Assembly (NCBI GenBank): GCA_964346625.1
Contig: CAYFWA010000003.1
Span: 1-32,772, forward strand
Direction of reading: 5' to 3'
DNA length: 32,772 nt
DNA from: an uncultured Myxococcales bacterium
GTDB lineage: Bacteria; Myxococcota_A; Polyangia; HGW-17; JAJRWW01
This document shows positions 1 to 10,290 of the stretch, piece after piece (within the stretch, counting starts at the first letter, position 1; each line of letters starts with the position of its first letter). A program made the translations under genes and the position numbers. The notes beneath the pieces are model-generated. The model was not told the DNA's origin. It searched no databases and was given only the letters and a program-made list of their open reading frames with translations.

Positions 1-50
1 GCGCCTCGGCGCCCTCGGTGCGTCGAACTTATTCTTGCGCGAGCCCTTAG
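1..50 (+). repeat. MITE-like dispersed repeat, copy A: right-hand end only, cut by the window start
   Basis: gcgcctcggcgccctcggtgcgtcgaacttattcttgcgcgagcccttag aligns base-for-base, with a few mismatches, to 6209-6260, to 25715-25768 and to the reverse complement of 32618-32670. Confidence 0.8.
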
Positions 51-215
51 TCCCTTACCGAGCAAATTCTGCGCAGATCTGGCAGGACTTCTCCCTGACC
101 CGTTCCTGGGTTCCTCTCTTCCTGGGTTCCTGAGAGGATTTTGGCCGGACGCCTTGGTCCTTTTTGGTTCCGGCTACGCCGGGTTCGGCGGCGGCGGCGC
201 GTCTCGGCGGCGGCG

Positions 216-2225
216 TCACCGCATCAGGGCCTCGCGCTCGAGCTGGTGGATGCGGTCGCGGAGATCCGCCGCCCGTTCGAATTCGAGCTTCTCGGCGGCC
301 TGCTTCATCTCCCCCCGCAGCTTCTGGATCACCCCCTCGAGATCCTCCGCCGCGACCTTGTCCACCACCGGCGGCTCGGGGGCGGGGACCGCGCGATAGT
401 CGGCCTCGAAGACCGTCCCCGACAGGTCCAAAATGGCCCGCTTCACGGTCTCCGGCGTGATGCCGTGCTCGATGTTGTAGGCCTTTTGCACCGAGCGCCG
501 ACGCACGGTCTCGTCGATGGCCTTCTTCATGGCGGCGGTGATGCGGTCCGCGTACATGATCACCCGGCCGTGCACGTTGCGCGCGGCGCGCCCCGCCGTC
601 TGAATCAGCGACCGCTCCGCCCGCAAAAACCCCTCCTTGTCCGCGTCCAGGATGGCCACCAGGGAGACCTCCGGCAGATCCAACCCCTCGCGCAGCAGGT
701 TGATGCCCACGAGCACGTCGAACCCTCCGCGCCGCAGATCCCTTATAATCTCAACTCGTTCGAGGGTTTCCACCTCGCTGTGCAGATAGCGCGCCCGCAC
801 CCCGACGTCCTGGTAGTACTCGGTGAGGTCCTCGGCCATGCGCTTGGTCAACGTGGTCACCAGCACCCGCTCACCTGCCGCAGCGCGCTGGCGGATCTCA
901 GCCAGCAGATCGTCCACCTGGTCCCGTACCGGTCGAACCTCGATCTCGGGGTCCAGCAGCCCCGTGGGCCGGATCAGCTGCTCCACCACCTCGCCGCCGG
1001 TTTGCTCCAGCTCGAAGTCCCCCGGCGTGGCCGATACGTAGAAGACCTGGCCGACGCGCTTTTGAAACTCGTCGAACCGCAGGGGCCGGTTGTCGAGCGC
1101 CGACGGCAACCGGAAGCCGAAGTCCACCAGGGTCTCCTTGCGCGATCGATCCCCGCGATACATCGCCTGGAGCTGGGGGAGGGTCTGGTGGCTCTCGTCC
1201 ACCACCACCAGGAAGTCGTCGGGGAAGTAGTCCAGCAGGGTGGGGGGGGGCTCGCCCGCCGTCCGGCCCGAAAGGTGCCGGGAGTAGTTCTCGATGCCCG
1301 TGCAGTAACCGAGCTGGTCGAGCATCTCCAGATCGAACAAGGTCCGCTGCTCCAGCCGCTGCATCTCGAGCAGCTTGCCTTCGGCCTCCAGCGCGGCCAG
1401 CCGCTCGCGCAGCTCCACCTTGATGCCCTCCATGGCGCGGACGAGGTTGCCCGAGGAGGTCACGTAGTGGCTCCCTGGATGGATTCGAATCTCCTCCAGG
1501 GGCTCCAGCGCCTGTCCGCGCAGGGGATCCACCCACCAGAGGGCCTCGATCTCGTCACCGAACCACTCCACCCGCACGGCCCGCTCGTGCTCGTAGGACG
1601 GAAAGATCTCCACCACGTCTCCCCGCACGCGAAAGGTACCCCGGTGGAAGTCGAAGTCATTGCGATCATACCGGATTTCCACCAGTCGTCGCAAGACCGC
1701 GTCTCGATCCACCTCTTGCCCGCGGGCGAGGTGGACGGTCATGTCCGCGTAGTGCTCCGAGGAACCGATGCCAAAGATGCAGGAAACCGAGGCGATGATG
1801 ATCACGTCCCGGCGCGACAGCAGCGCGTGGGTGGCCGCGTGGCGCATCCGATCGATCTCCTCGTTGACGATGGCGTCCTTCTCGATGTAGGTGTCCGAGG
1901 CGGGCACGTAGGCCTCGGGCTGATAGTAGTCGTAGTAGCTAACGAAGTAGTGCACCGCGTTGTGGGGAAAGAGGTCCCGAAACTCGGCCCAGAGTTGCGC
2001 CGCGAGGGTCTTGTTGTGGGCGAGGATCAGGGTCGGGCGCTGAAGCCGGGCGATGACGTTGGCCACCGTGAAGGTCTTGCCCGAGCCGGTGATCCCGAGC
2101 AGCACCGAGTGGGGCGCCCCGCGATCGACCCGGGCGCAAAGGTCCCCGATCGCGCGAGGTTGGTCCCCCGTGGGCGTGAACTCCGAGTGCAGGGAAAATG
2201 GCGCTTGCGGCTCGTGGGGCTCCAA
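216..2225 (-). CDS. uvrB: Excinuclease ABC subunit B (UvrB)
   Basis: 669-aa ORF with Walker [11 protein letters not shown], the [16 protein letters not shown] motif, helicase motifs and a C-terminal UVR domain ([19 protein letters not shown]). The only in-frame start upstream of the conserved FSLHSEF N-terminus is TTG at 2225. Confidence 0.97.
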   Translation of the reverse strand: MEPHEPQAPFSLHSEFTPTGDQPRAIGDLCARVDRGAPHSVLLGITGSGKTFTVANVIARLQRPTLILAHNKTLAAQLWAEFRDLFPHNAVHYFVSYYDYYQPEAYVPASDTYIEKDAIVNEEIDRMRHAATHALLSRRDVIIIASVSCIFGIGSSEHYADMTVHLARGQEVDRDAVLRRLVEIRYDRNDFDFHRGTFRVRGDVVEIFPSYEHERAVRVEWFGDEIEALWWVDPLRGQALEPLEEIRIHPGSHYVTSSGNLVRAMEGIKVELRERLAALEAEGKLLEMQRLEQRTLFDLEMLDQLGYCTGIENYSRHLSGRTAGEPPPTLLDYFPDDFLVVVDESHQTLPQLQAMYRGDRSRKETLVDFGFRLPSALDNRPLRFDEFQKRVGQVFYVSATPGDFELEQTGGEVVEQLIRPTGLLDPEIEVRPVRDQVDDLLAEIRQRAAAGERVLVTTLTKRMAEDLTEYYQDVGVRARYLHSEVETLERVEIIRDLRRGGFDVLVGINLLREGLDLPEVSLVAILDADKEGFLRAERSLIQTAGRAARNVHGRVIMYADRITAAMKKAIDETVRRRSVQKAYNIEHGITPETVKRAILDLSGTVFEADYRAVPAPEPPVVDKVAAEDLEGVIQKLRGEMKQAAEKLEFERAADLRDRIHQLEREALMR

Positions 2226-2482
2226 CGGCGTGCCTCGATCCCGGGGTGTTGACGCAACAGACGGGGAGGGTCCGCGACATCTGGTGGCCGCGCGGGGCCC
2301 CGGTCCAGGCCCAATCCACCGGGCCTGAACGCGGGGTCGAATTGGACCATCGGCACCGTATCATGCAACCGGCCGGATTCAAGCTGGAAAAACCTTCCGG
2401 TCCGGTTATCCTCGGTGAGAGCAGCGGCGCAGGGGGCGGCGAGCCGCGCCGCGCCGACGCAAACAAACAAGAGATACGGAAC

Positions 2483-2980
2483 ATGCCCACGGTTCACTTC
2501 GTGTGTTACGGAAACATCTGTCGTAGCCCGTATGCCGAGCACTACGCCCGGCGCCAGGCCCAGGCGCACGGGCTAGACGGCTGGCGCTTCAGCTCGAGCG
2601 GCGTCGGCGCCACCCCGGGCACCGGCACGCCGAAACCAGGCCTGCGCGCGGCCGCGGAGCGCGGCGTCTCGCTCGAGGGGCACCGGGCCCGCCGGGTCGC
2701 GGAGGTTCCCCCCGAGCCCGGCGATCTGGTCATCGCCATGGATCGATACGTCTTCGGCGCGCTCGCCGACCACCTCGGCGCGAGCCTCGCCGACGTCCGA
2801 GGACCCTCCGGATCCACCCTGAGCCTCTTGATGCAGGAGATCGCCAACGCGGATCCCCGCGAGCTGGATGTCCCCGATCCCATGGGCCAGGGGGTTTCGG
2901 CCTATCAGCAGAGCTATGAGATCATCTCCGAGGCGGTGGACCAGCTTCTCGGGCGACTCGACGCCGCGGCCGCGGATTGA
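2483..2980 (+). CDS. Low-molecular-weight protein tyrosine phosphatase / ArsC-fold phosphatase
   Basis: ORF 2198..2980 trimmed to the internal ATG at 2483, giving 165 aa, the typical LMW-PTP size. P-loop CYGNICRS (C-X5-R-S) lies at residues 8-15 and a DVPDPMG general-acid loop lies near the C-terminus. Confidence 0.85.
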   Translation: MPTVHFVCYGNICRSPYAEHYARRQAQAHGLDGWRFSSSGVGATPGTGTPKPGLRAAAERGVSLEGHRARRVAEVPPEPGDLVIAMDRYVFGALADHLGASLADVRGPSGSTLSLLMQEIANADPRELDVPDPMGQGVSAYQQSYEIISEAVDQLLGRLDAAAAD

Positions 2981-3106
2981 GTCTCGGCGGCCCCCCTCAC
3001 CCATCGTGCGTGGATTCGAATCGCTTCAGCCCGCCGCCGCAGGCGAATCGGAGCCCGGAGCCGCCCTTAGGGAGCGTAGCCACTACGCCGGGGGCCGCGC
3101 CTACAG

Positions 3107-4813
3107 TCAGCGAACCAGCCGGTCGCCCAGCCCGGTGGCCCGCGCCCACCGACGCAGCTTGCCGAGCGCTCGCTTTTCCAACTGCTCCACCCGTTGGCGG
3201 GAGATCCCGAACAGATCGCCGATCTCGGCCAGGGTCTTGGGCTCTTGGTTGTCCCAGCCCATCCGCATGAAGACGATGGTTCGTTCGCGGCCCTGCAGCC
3301 GTTCGGCCAGGCTGCGGACGATCTCCCGCCGCTCGGCGCCTTCGAGCGCCTCGTCCGGCGTGGCGCGCTCGTCGGCGAGGATGTCGCCATAGGTCGCCGA
3401 GCCCGCGTCTCCGGGATCCAGCGGGCGATCGATGCTCGACATTCGACCAAAGGACTGGATGGTGTGGCGAAGCTTGGGGATTTCCAGATCGCTGGCGTTG
3501 GCGAGCTCTTGATCCGACGGGGATCGGCCGTGTCGCTGGATCAGCTCGTTTTCCATCGCCAGGATCTTGCTCATCTGCTGGCGGATGTGCGGTGGGACGT
3601 AGACCGTACGCGACTGCGTGTGGATGGTCCGGATCATGGCGTGCCGCACCCAGTGCCCCGCGAAGGTGGAAAACCGGTTTCCGCGATCGGGATCGAAGAG
3701 CTCCACGGCCCGAATCAGGCCGAGGTTCCCGGCCGAGATCAGGTCCGCCACCTCCATGCCGGATCCCCCCAGGCGGCGGCCGTAGTAGCGGGCCGAGGAC
3801 AGCACCAGCCGCTGCGCGCTCAGGATGAGGGCGTCGCGGGCCTGCTGGGCCTGCAGGATCCCCGAGCGGTATCGGAGCACGGCCTGTTGGAGCGCCTCGA
3901 AGCTCATGCCGGCCTGCTTTTCGATCCGGCGGATGCGGCGCTTGAGGTTGCGGTGCCGCCGATCCACCTCCGCCACCTCGTCCGGGGAAACGGGGGCCTC
4001 CTGCGGCGAGCGCCGCAGGGTGCGCAAGGTACGGTTCAGGTGCTGGGGATCGGTGTCCAAGCGCGCGGCCAGCTCGCCTCGCTCCTCGTCCGCGCGGGCC
4101 AACCGCGCGTGGATCGCCATCATGTTGCTGGCGATGGATTTCATGAACTTGGCCTCGTAGGGCAGCTCCTGGATTCTCTTCGAAAGCTCGTTGCGAACGG
4201 CCGACAGCCGGTCCGAAAGCGCCGCGGCCTTGTCGGGCTTGACACCGCGTCTCGCGAGCTGCGACCGGATCCGTTTCTCTTCACGGCGCAGCGCGGCGAC
4301 CTCGTCGGCCAGCTTCAGCAGCATCGTCTCCGCGGTCTCTGGATCGTCTTCCCGGCTGAAGCGCAGCCGATCCACCACGTCCCAGACCCCTGCTTTCCCC
4401 TGTCGGATCCGGAACGCCGCCGTGCTGAGCTGATCCCCGAACAGCCGCGCATCCACCACGGCCCGCATGGCCCGCGAGATCCCGCTCCGATACTCGTTGG
4501 CGTATTGAATCTCGGTCTCGCGATCCAGGGTGGGCAGCTGGGAGATTTCCCGCAAATAGGAAGAGAGCGCGTCGCTTGCGCTGGTGTCGGTGCTTTGCTC
4601 CCTGCGCTGCTTGACCAGCCGGGAGCCTTCCTCGAGGTTGTCGACGATCACCACCTTGCGGCGCTGCAGCTGGGCCACCAGGTCGTCGAGCTCCTCCACC
4701 AGATCGGTAGACACCACCGCGAAGATGTCCTCCGGAGTGAGATACCCCTGCTTCTCTCCACGGGCAACCAGCCGCTGTATCTCCTTGGGAGGAATGATCC
4801 TGGATTCGGACAT
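3107..4813 (-). CDS. Sigma-70 family RNA polymerase sigma factor with full RpoD-like architecture (regions 1.1-4.2) but divergent DNA-contact residues
   Basis: 568-aa ORF with an ATG start. It has a region 1.1-like N-terminus (LVARGEKQGYLTPEDIF) and region 1.2 (LSSYLREISQLPTLDRETEI). Region 2 reads DLISAGNLGLIRAVELFDPDRGNRFSTFAGHWVRHAMIRTI. Regions 3 and 4.2 are also present (TLAEIGDLFGISRQRVEQLEKRALGKLR). Confidence 0.9.
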   Translation of the reverse strand: MSESRIIPPKEIQRLVARGEKQGYLTPEDIFAVVSTDLVEELDDLVAQLQRRKVVIVDNLEEGSRLVKQRREQSTDTSASDALSSYLREISQLPTLDRETEIQYANEYRSGISRAMRAVVDARLFGDQLSTAAFRIRQGKAGVWDVVDRLRFSREDDPETAETMLLKLADEVAALRREEKRIRSQLARRGVKPDKAAALSDRLSAVRNELSKRIQELPYEAKFMKSIASNMMAIHARLARADEERGELAARLDTDPQHLNRTLRTLRRSPQEAPVSPDEVAEVDRRHRNLKRRIRRIEKQAGMSFEALQQAVLRYRSGILQAQQARDALILSAQRLVLSSARYYGRRLGGSGMEVADLISAGNLGLIRAVELFDPDRGNRFSTFAGHWVRHAMIRTIHTQSRTVYVPPHIRQQMSKILAMENELIQRHGRSPSDQELANASDLEIPKLRHTIQSFGRMSSIDRPLDPGDAGSATYGDILADERATPDEALEGAERREIVRSLAERLQGRERTIVFMRMGWDNQEPKTLAEIGDLFGISRQRVEQLEKRALGKLRRWARATGLGDRLVR

Positions 4814-4948
4814 GAACGATGGCCTCTCCCGCTGTGCTCCCGGAGGCGGGGGCGACGCGTCACCGTTTCACATCATGAATCCTCCCGAGCGCGGGCACAA
4901 GCCCCGCCCGCGAATACCGCCCTTTTGGCGGACCGAAGCTGCTCCTGG

Positions 4949-4993
4949 CCAAAACGAATAAAGCCCCTGTGCCGGAAATCCAGCGCAGGGGCT
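4949..4993 (-). terminator. Candidate intrinsic terminator on the minus strand, inside the sigma-gene upstream gap
   Basis: The minus strand reads AGCCCCUG-C-GCUGG-AUUU-CCGGC-A-CAGGGGCU followed by UUAUUCGUUUUGG. That gives a 13-bp interrupted stem, a 4-nt loop and a U-rich tail. Confidence 0.45.
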
Positions 4994-5334
4994 ACAGGCA
5001 AACACGGTCTCATCAGTTGCCGCGCTTCGATGGACCGCCTCTCGAAAAGCGGTTGGGATGCTCCCGATCGTCGCGTCGACAGACACCTACAGCAGGGGTT
5101 CCTCGAAGTCCGCTCGTTGGCTCTCCTCTGCTCCCGCCTCACGCTCCTGTCGATCTGCTTGGCAGATCAGGCAACCAACGGACTGTCTTGGTCCACAGCC
5201 GCAAGAGACTGAAAAACCAGTGTGTCGGTCCAAGCGTCTTGTGCCGATGACGGGCGCTCATGGTCGATCCGGCTCGCCTTCGGCTTTGGCCGCGTCGGTT
5301 GGATTTTGTAATTCTCTCCGCACGGCTAGTAGGA

Positions 5335-5363
5335 AATATGTGCGGCTCAGGTGGAAATGTCAA
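5335..5363 (-). promoter_or_regulatory. Candidate sigma70-type promoter on the minus strand
   Basis: The minus strand has TTGACA (5363-5358), a 17-nt spacer and CATATT (5340-5335). It lies directly downstream of the Rieske-gene terminator and about 520 nt upstream of the sigma-factor ATG. Confidence 0.35.
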
Positions 5364-5371
5364 GCGTGATT

Positions 5372-5422
5372 AAAAAAAAAGGTCCCTATTCGGCTCCGTT
5401 TGGTTGGAGCCGATCGAAGGGA
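5372..5422 (-). terminator. Candidate intrinsic terminator of the Rieske-like gene
   Basis: The minus strand reads UCCCU-ucgau-CGGCUCC-aaccaaac-GGAGCCG-aau-AGGGA-cc-UUUUUUUUU. This is a two-part stem followed by a 9-U run, beginning about 37 nt after the TAG stop at 5459-5461. Confidence 0.55.
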
Positions 5423-5458
5423 GAAAACGAAGAGTCCCTGCGCGCCGATCTGGCCGTT

Positions 5459-5935
5459 CTAGAGGAAAACCTCTAGATTACCGGCTAGATAAAGCGTTCG
5501 GTAGACCGAGAGGGCGGCGCGGGCGGGGCCTTGGATGGGAACTCCATCCAATCCGAATCTCGAATGTCCGAAATTGATGCACCGCAGTTGCTTCGACGAG
5601 TGGTTGTACTCGAGCGGACGCCCCCGGTGGGTACAGAGGCCCGACAGCGCCACGAACTGGCCCTGATCGGGATGCACCACCACGATGGTCTCCGGCTTCT
5701 TGGGATGATCGAACTTCGCCGCCCCACCCACTTTGCGGAGCTTTGCGACCTTCCGCACGTGGATGATGACGCGATCCTCTTTCGTTTCCAGCCATTTCGC
5801 CGGAATCTCCGGGGTCTGATCCTTCTTGATGCAGCCCGAGACCGCGCATACACACAGCCCGGTGGCGGTCAGACCCACGACGCCCAACGAAACTACCCGG
5901 TCGATGAATCCGCGTCGGGAAACGGTTTGTGCCAT
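5459..5935 (-). CDS. Rieske-like [2Fe-2S] domain protein, probable Tat-exported lipoprotein
   Basis: ORF 5459..5989 trimmed to the ATG at 5935. It has a twin-arginine motif (SRRGFIDRV) and a lipobox (AVSGC). Box I is CTHRG and box II-like is CINFGHSRFGLDGVPIQGPA, compared with canonical CPCHGSRFD..G....GPA. Confidence 0.7.
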   Translation of the reverse strand: MAQTVSRRGFIDRVVSLGVVGLTATGLCVCAVSGCIKKDQTPEIPAKWLETKEDRVIIHVRKVAKLRKVGGAAKFDHPKKPETIVVVHPDQGQFVALSGLCTHRGRPLEYNHSSKQLRCINFGHSRFGLDGVPIQGPARAALSVYRTLYLAGNLEVFL

Positions 5936-6077
5936 GAATATCGCCTGGTTCGGTGATTTCGTCCCCGGTTGGGTTCCACACGCTCGCACCGAACGGATTT
6001 AATCATATCAGCCGAGAACACGGGGCACAACCCCCCAAAACGAGTCATTTTTCCCTTTGTGCCCCCGTCATGGGCCC

Positions 6078-6260
6078 CTAAGGCCCCGCGCAAGAGCAAC
6101 TTCGGGATTCGTGCGCCGATCCACCAATGCCGATCCATCAATGCGGTCTGCGTCGCTCGTCGGTTCAATACGTCAATGTATTCGCTCTCCTCGCTTCTTG
6201 ACAGCATTGCGCCTCGGCGCCCTCGGTCCTTCGAGGTTATTCTTGCGCGAGCCCCAAGGG
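6078..6260 (+). repeat. MITE-like dispersed repeat, copy B: the only complete copy, about 183 bp
   Basis: The terminal inverted repeats are CTAAGGCCCCGCGCAAGAGCAACTTCGGG on the left and, reverse-complemented, CTTGGGGCTCGCGCAAGAATAACCTCGAAGG on the right. The body aligns to the reverse complement of 32618-32772. It has no coding capacity and is intergenic. Confidence 0.8.
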
Positions 6261-6553
6261 CTTGGAGCAAACGGAGGCCGCATCGTTGGCGGAAGACGGG
6301 GGCTCCCTGGAGACGGGAGTTTTTCAAAAAGCGTGAAATCTCGTGTTGTTCTATGATAGGCACCCGCGTGGCCCACCGGAAGCTCGCGGGGCATGGGCTC
6401 TCCACCCTCGCCATGGGGCGGGGAGGTCCGCTCCCGGTCTTCGGCCCCATCCCAGGGCCACATGCACCCGGGCCAGCGCCTCCCCAGACTGGCGATGGGT
6501 CTCCTTCGACTCAAACACACCCGCTGGGAGACGGGCCCCAACGGGTCGGAGCC

Positions 6554-6919
6554 CTACGAGCCCTTGGGGAAGGGCTCGGTCTGCGGCGGGTCGGCCACCT
6601 CCAGCCGACCGGCTTGGGCGGCGGGGTGCTCCTCGGCCATGCGAGCCTCAACCGCCGCGACGAACCCGGCGTAGTCGAACTCGGGATCCGGGGCGGCCTC
6701 GCCCACCACGTCCGAAAGCATCTCCTCAGGGCAGGAAAGATGAGCGAGAATTCCCGAGATTTGCTGGGTAAAAAGCGCTTCCCACAGTGGCACGCTGCCG
6801 TGACAGTAGGCGCACTCCGCGAACACATCGCGGCCTTCGCCGACCGTCTGTGCGACTTCTTTGCAGCGCTCTACCAGCTTGGAGAGTCTTTGTTGGATCT
6901 GGGCTTCGGGCGATGACAC
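6554..6919 (-). CDS. Hypothetical protein (121 aa, acidic, CAYCH motif)
   Basis: This is the only ORF in the interval with GC-rich third codon positions typical of neighbouring genes. It has a GTG start and I recognise no family. Confidence 0.45.
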   Translation of the reverse strand: MSSPEAQIQQRLSKLVERCKEVAQTVGEGRDVFAECAYCHGSVPLWEALFTQQISGILAHLSCPEEMLSDVVGEAAPDPEFDYAGFVAAVEARMAEEHPAAQAGRLEVADPPQTEPFPKGS

Positions 6920-7144
6920 TCATCCACTATCTACCAAGGCCTCCGAGCGGCGCAATGACTTTTTCGCCACGCAAAGACGCAGAGACGCGAAGACCCGGGA
7001 GGGGGGCCATCGCGCAATCGGGGGGCGACCGAGAGGGACCTCCGTCGGTCGCACCGGACAGTCAGGCCCGAGAAGGGAGCCTGCTCGGAGATATTGTTAA
7101 TTCACAATCGTCCGTTTGTTATTGCTGGGGTTATGATAACGCGA

Positions 7145-7204
7145 CCGCCCCGCGGGTCCGATCGCCGCCCCGCGGGTCCGATCGTAGGGAATCGTAGGGA
7201 ATCG
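7145..7204. repeat. Two adjacent short tandem duplications (20 bp x2, then 10 bp x2)
   Basis: ccgccccgcgggtccgatcg occurs at 7145-7164 and again, identical, at 7165-7184. tagggaatcg occurs at 7185-7194 and again at 7195-7204. The region is intergenic. Confidence 0.95.
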
Positions 7205-7297
7205 CGTCCGCTTCTTTTTGATACAACGTGAGCTGAACCCGCGACGCGCTTTCGTAACATGTTTTTCGCTGCGGAGATGAGCCCGCGCAACGTGACC

Positions 7298-9289
<1,992 letters not shown>

Positions 9290-9363
9290 GAAAATTACCC
9301 TCCGATACGGTGGGGCCAGTATTCCACAAGCGGCCCTCTGGAACAATCATGGAACGGGAGGTT

Positions 9364-10200
9364 TTATCGCTGGAGGCGAAACCGGAACCGATACCGGATG
9401 GTGTAGGCCATGGGCTTGCCGTTGGAGCCCATCGCGGGCTTGAAGCGCGCGCGCTTCATGGCCCGCACCGCGGCCTCGTCGAGGCCGTAGCCGAGGCGCT
9501 TGAGCACCCGGACCCCGAGGACCTGGCCGCGACGCCCCACGGTGACCGACAGGCGGACGGTGCCCTCGATCTGCATGCGCTTGGCCGCGGGCGGATAGCG
9601 GGGCCGCGGGACCTGCACCGGTTTGGGCAGCACCTTCACGTAGACCGGCACCGGGCGGGCACGCCGGCGGCGTGGCGGCGGTGGGGCCGCAGCTCGCCGC
9701 GGGCGGCGCCGCGGCCGGACGCGGCGCGGCGCCACGGTGGGATCGCCTTGGGCCGAGTCCCCCGTGTTCACGGTGAACGCGCCGTTGGCGCTGGTGAGGT
9801 TGTCGTTGACCCCCGCGCCCATGGTGAGGTCGAGCACCGGACGCGGACGCGGACGCGGGCGCTCGGCAGCGCGCGGCGGCGGCGCCATGGGGCGGTAGCG
9901 GCGCACCACCCGAGGTCGCCGGGGCTGGACCTTTTTAACCTCTCGCGGACGCGGACGCGGGCGCTCGCGCAGACGCGGCCGCGGGCGTTTTTCGAGCTTG
10001 ACCTTGTATTTGCGCGGCCGCGGACGGGGGGGGCGACGACGGATGATGTCCTCGGTGGTGCGCGGCGTTACCCGGGGCTTTGGGATCTCGTAGAGCACGC
10101 CGTAGGCCACCCCATGCAGTAGCAGCGAGCCGCACACGCAGGCGATGATGATCCAGGTGTGCCGGTGTTGGCTGGGCAGCTCGTCAGGATGCTCTCTCAT
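9364..10200 (-). CDS. TonB-family energy transducer
   Basis: It has an N-terminal TM anchor (WIIIACVCGSLLLHGVAYGVL) and a long Pro/Arg/Lys-rich spacer. The TonB C-terminal domain reads YPPAAKRMQIEGTVRLSVTVGRRGQVLGVRVLKRLGYGLDEAAVRAMKRARFKPA. Confidence 0.85.
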   Translation of the reverse strand: MREHPDELPSQHRHTWIIIACVCGSLLLHGVAYGVLYEIPKPRVTPRTTEDIIRRRPPRPRPRKYKVKLEKRPRPRLRERPRPRPREVKKVQPRRPRVVRRYRPMAPPPRAAERPRPRPRPVLDLTMGAGVNDNLTSANGAFTVNTGDSAQGDPTVAPRRVRPRRRPRRAAAPPPPRRRRARPVPVYVKVLPKPVQVPRPRYPPAAKRMQIEGTVRLSVTVGRRGQVLGVRVLKRLGYGLDEAAVRAMKRARFKPAMGSNGKPMAYTIRYRFRFRLQR

Positions 10201-10229
10201 GGTATTATCGTCGATCCCGCCGATCCGCC

Positions 10230-10254
10230 GGCGCCGGGGAGCGTCCCCGGCGCC
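10230..10254 (-). other. Perfect 11-bp GC-rich hairpin between truD and the TonB-family gene
   Basis: ggcgccgggga-gcg-tccccggcgcc is an 11-bp perfect stem with a 3-nt loop and no U-tract after it. It could be an RNA-stability element or a non-canonical terminator. Confidence 0.4.
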
Positions 10255-10290
10255 GCTGCTTCAAGGTAGGCCGAATCCGGGCCCGGGGCA

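Noticed and set aside
141-2252. A 703-aa ORF on the + strand, and similar very long ORFs at 3194..5212(+), 7796..9406(+), 10145..11590(+), 11422..12924(+), 17895..20114(+), 19813..21441(+), 21380..22396(-), 23547..24635(+) and 26739..28163(+).
   Set aside because: Each lies antisense or out of frame to a gene with clear family motifs (uvrB, sigma factor, OmpA, truD and so on). Their translations are Arg/Gly/Pro/Ala-rich with no recognisable motifs. These are the usual stop-poor shadow frames of high-GC DNA.
2321-2350. A LexA/SOS box upstream of uvrB, suggested by GTTCAGG on the minus strand.
   Set aside because: Only the GTTCAG half matches the deltaproteobacterial CTRHAMRYBYGTTCAGS motif as I recall it. 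The upstream 10 nt (tcgaccccgc) mismatch at 4 of the defined positions, including the CT.
3011-3023. tRNA T-arm-like strings: tggattcgaatcg here, and the 14-bp palindrome cggattcgaatccg at 28392-28405.
   Set aside because: The flanking sequence does not form acceptor, D or anticodon stems. The second string lies inside a well-supported CDS, so both are chance matches.
4949-5363. RNase P RNA, tmRNA or SRP RNA in the sigma-gene upstream gap, considered because the size would fit RNase P or tmRNA.
   Set aside because: I found no GAGGAAAGUCC/ACAGAA P4 strands, no tRNA-like GGUUCGAnUCC...CCA end or tag-ORF, and no SRP GGAA/AGCA domain-IV motif on either strand by eye. It needs an Infernal scan, so it is reported only as an unassigned candidate.
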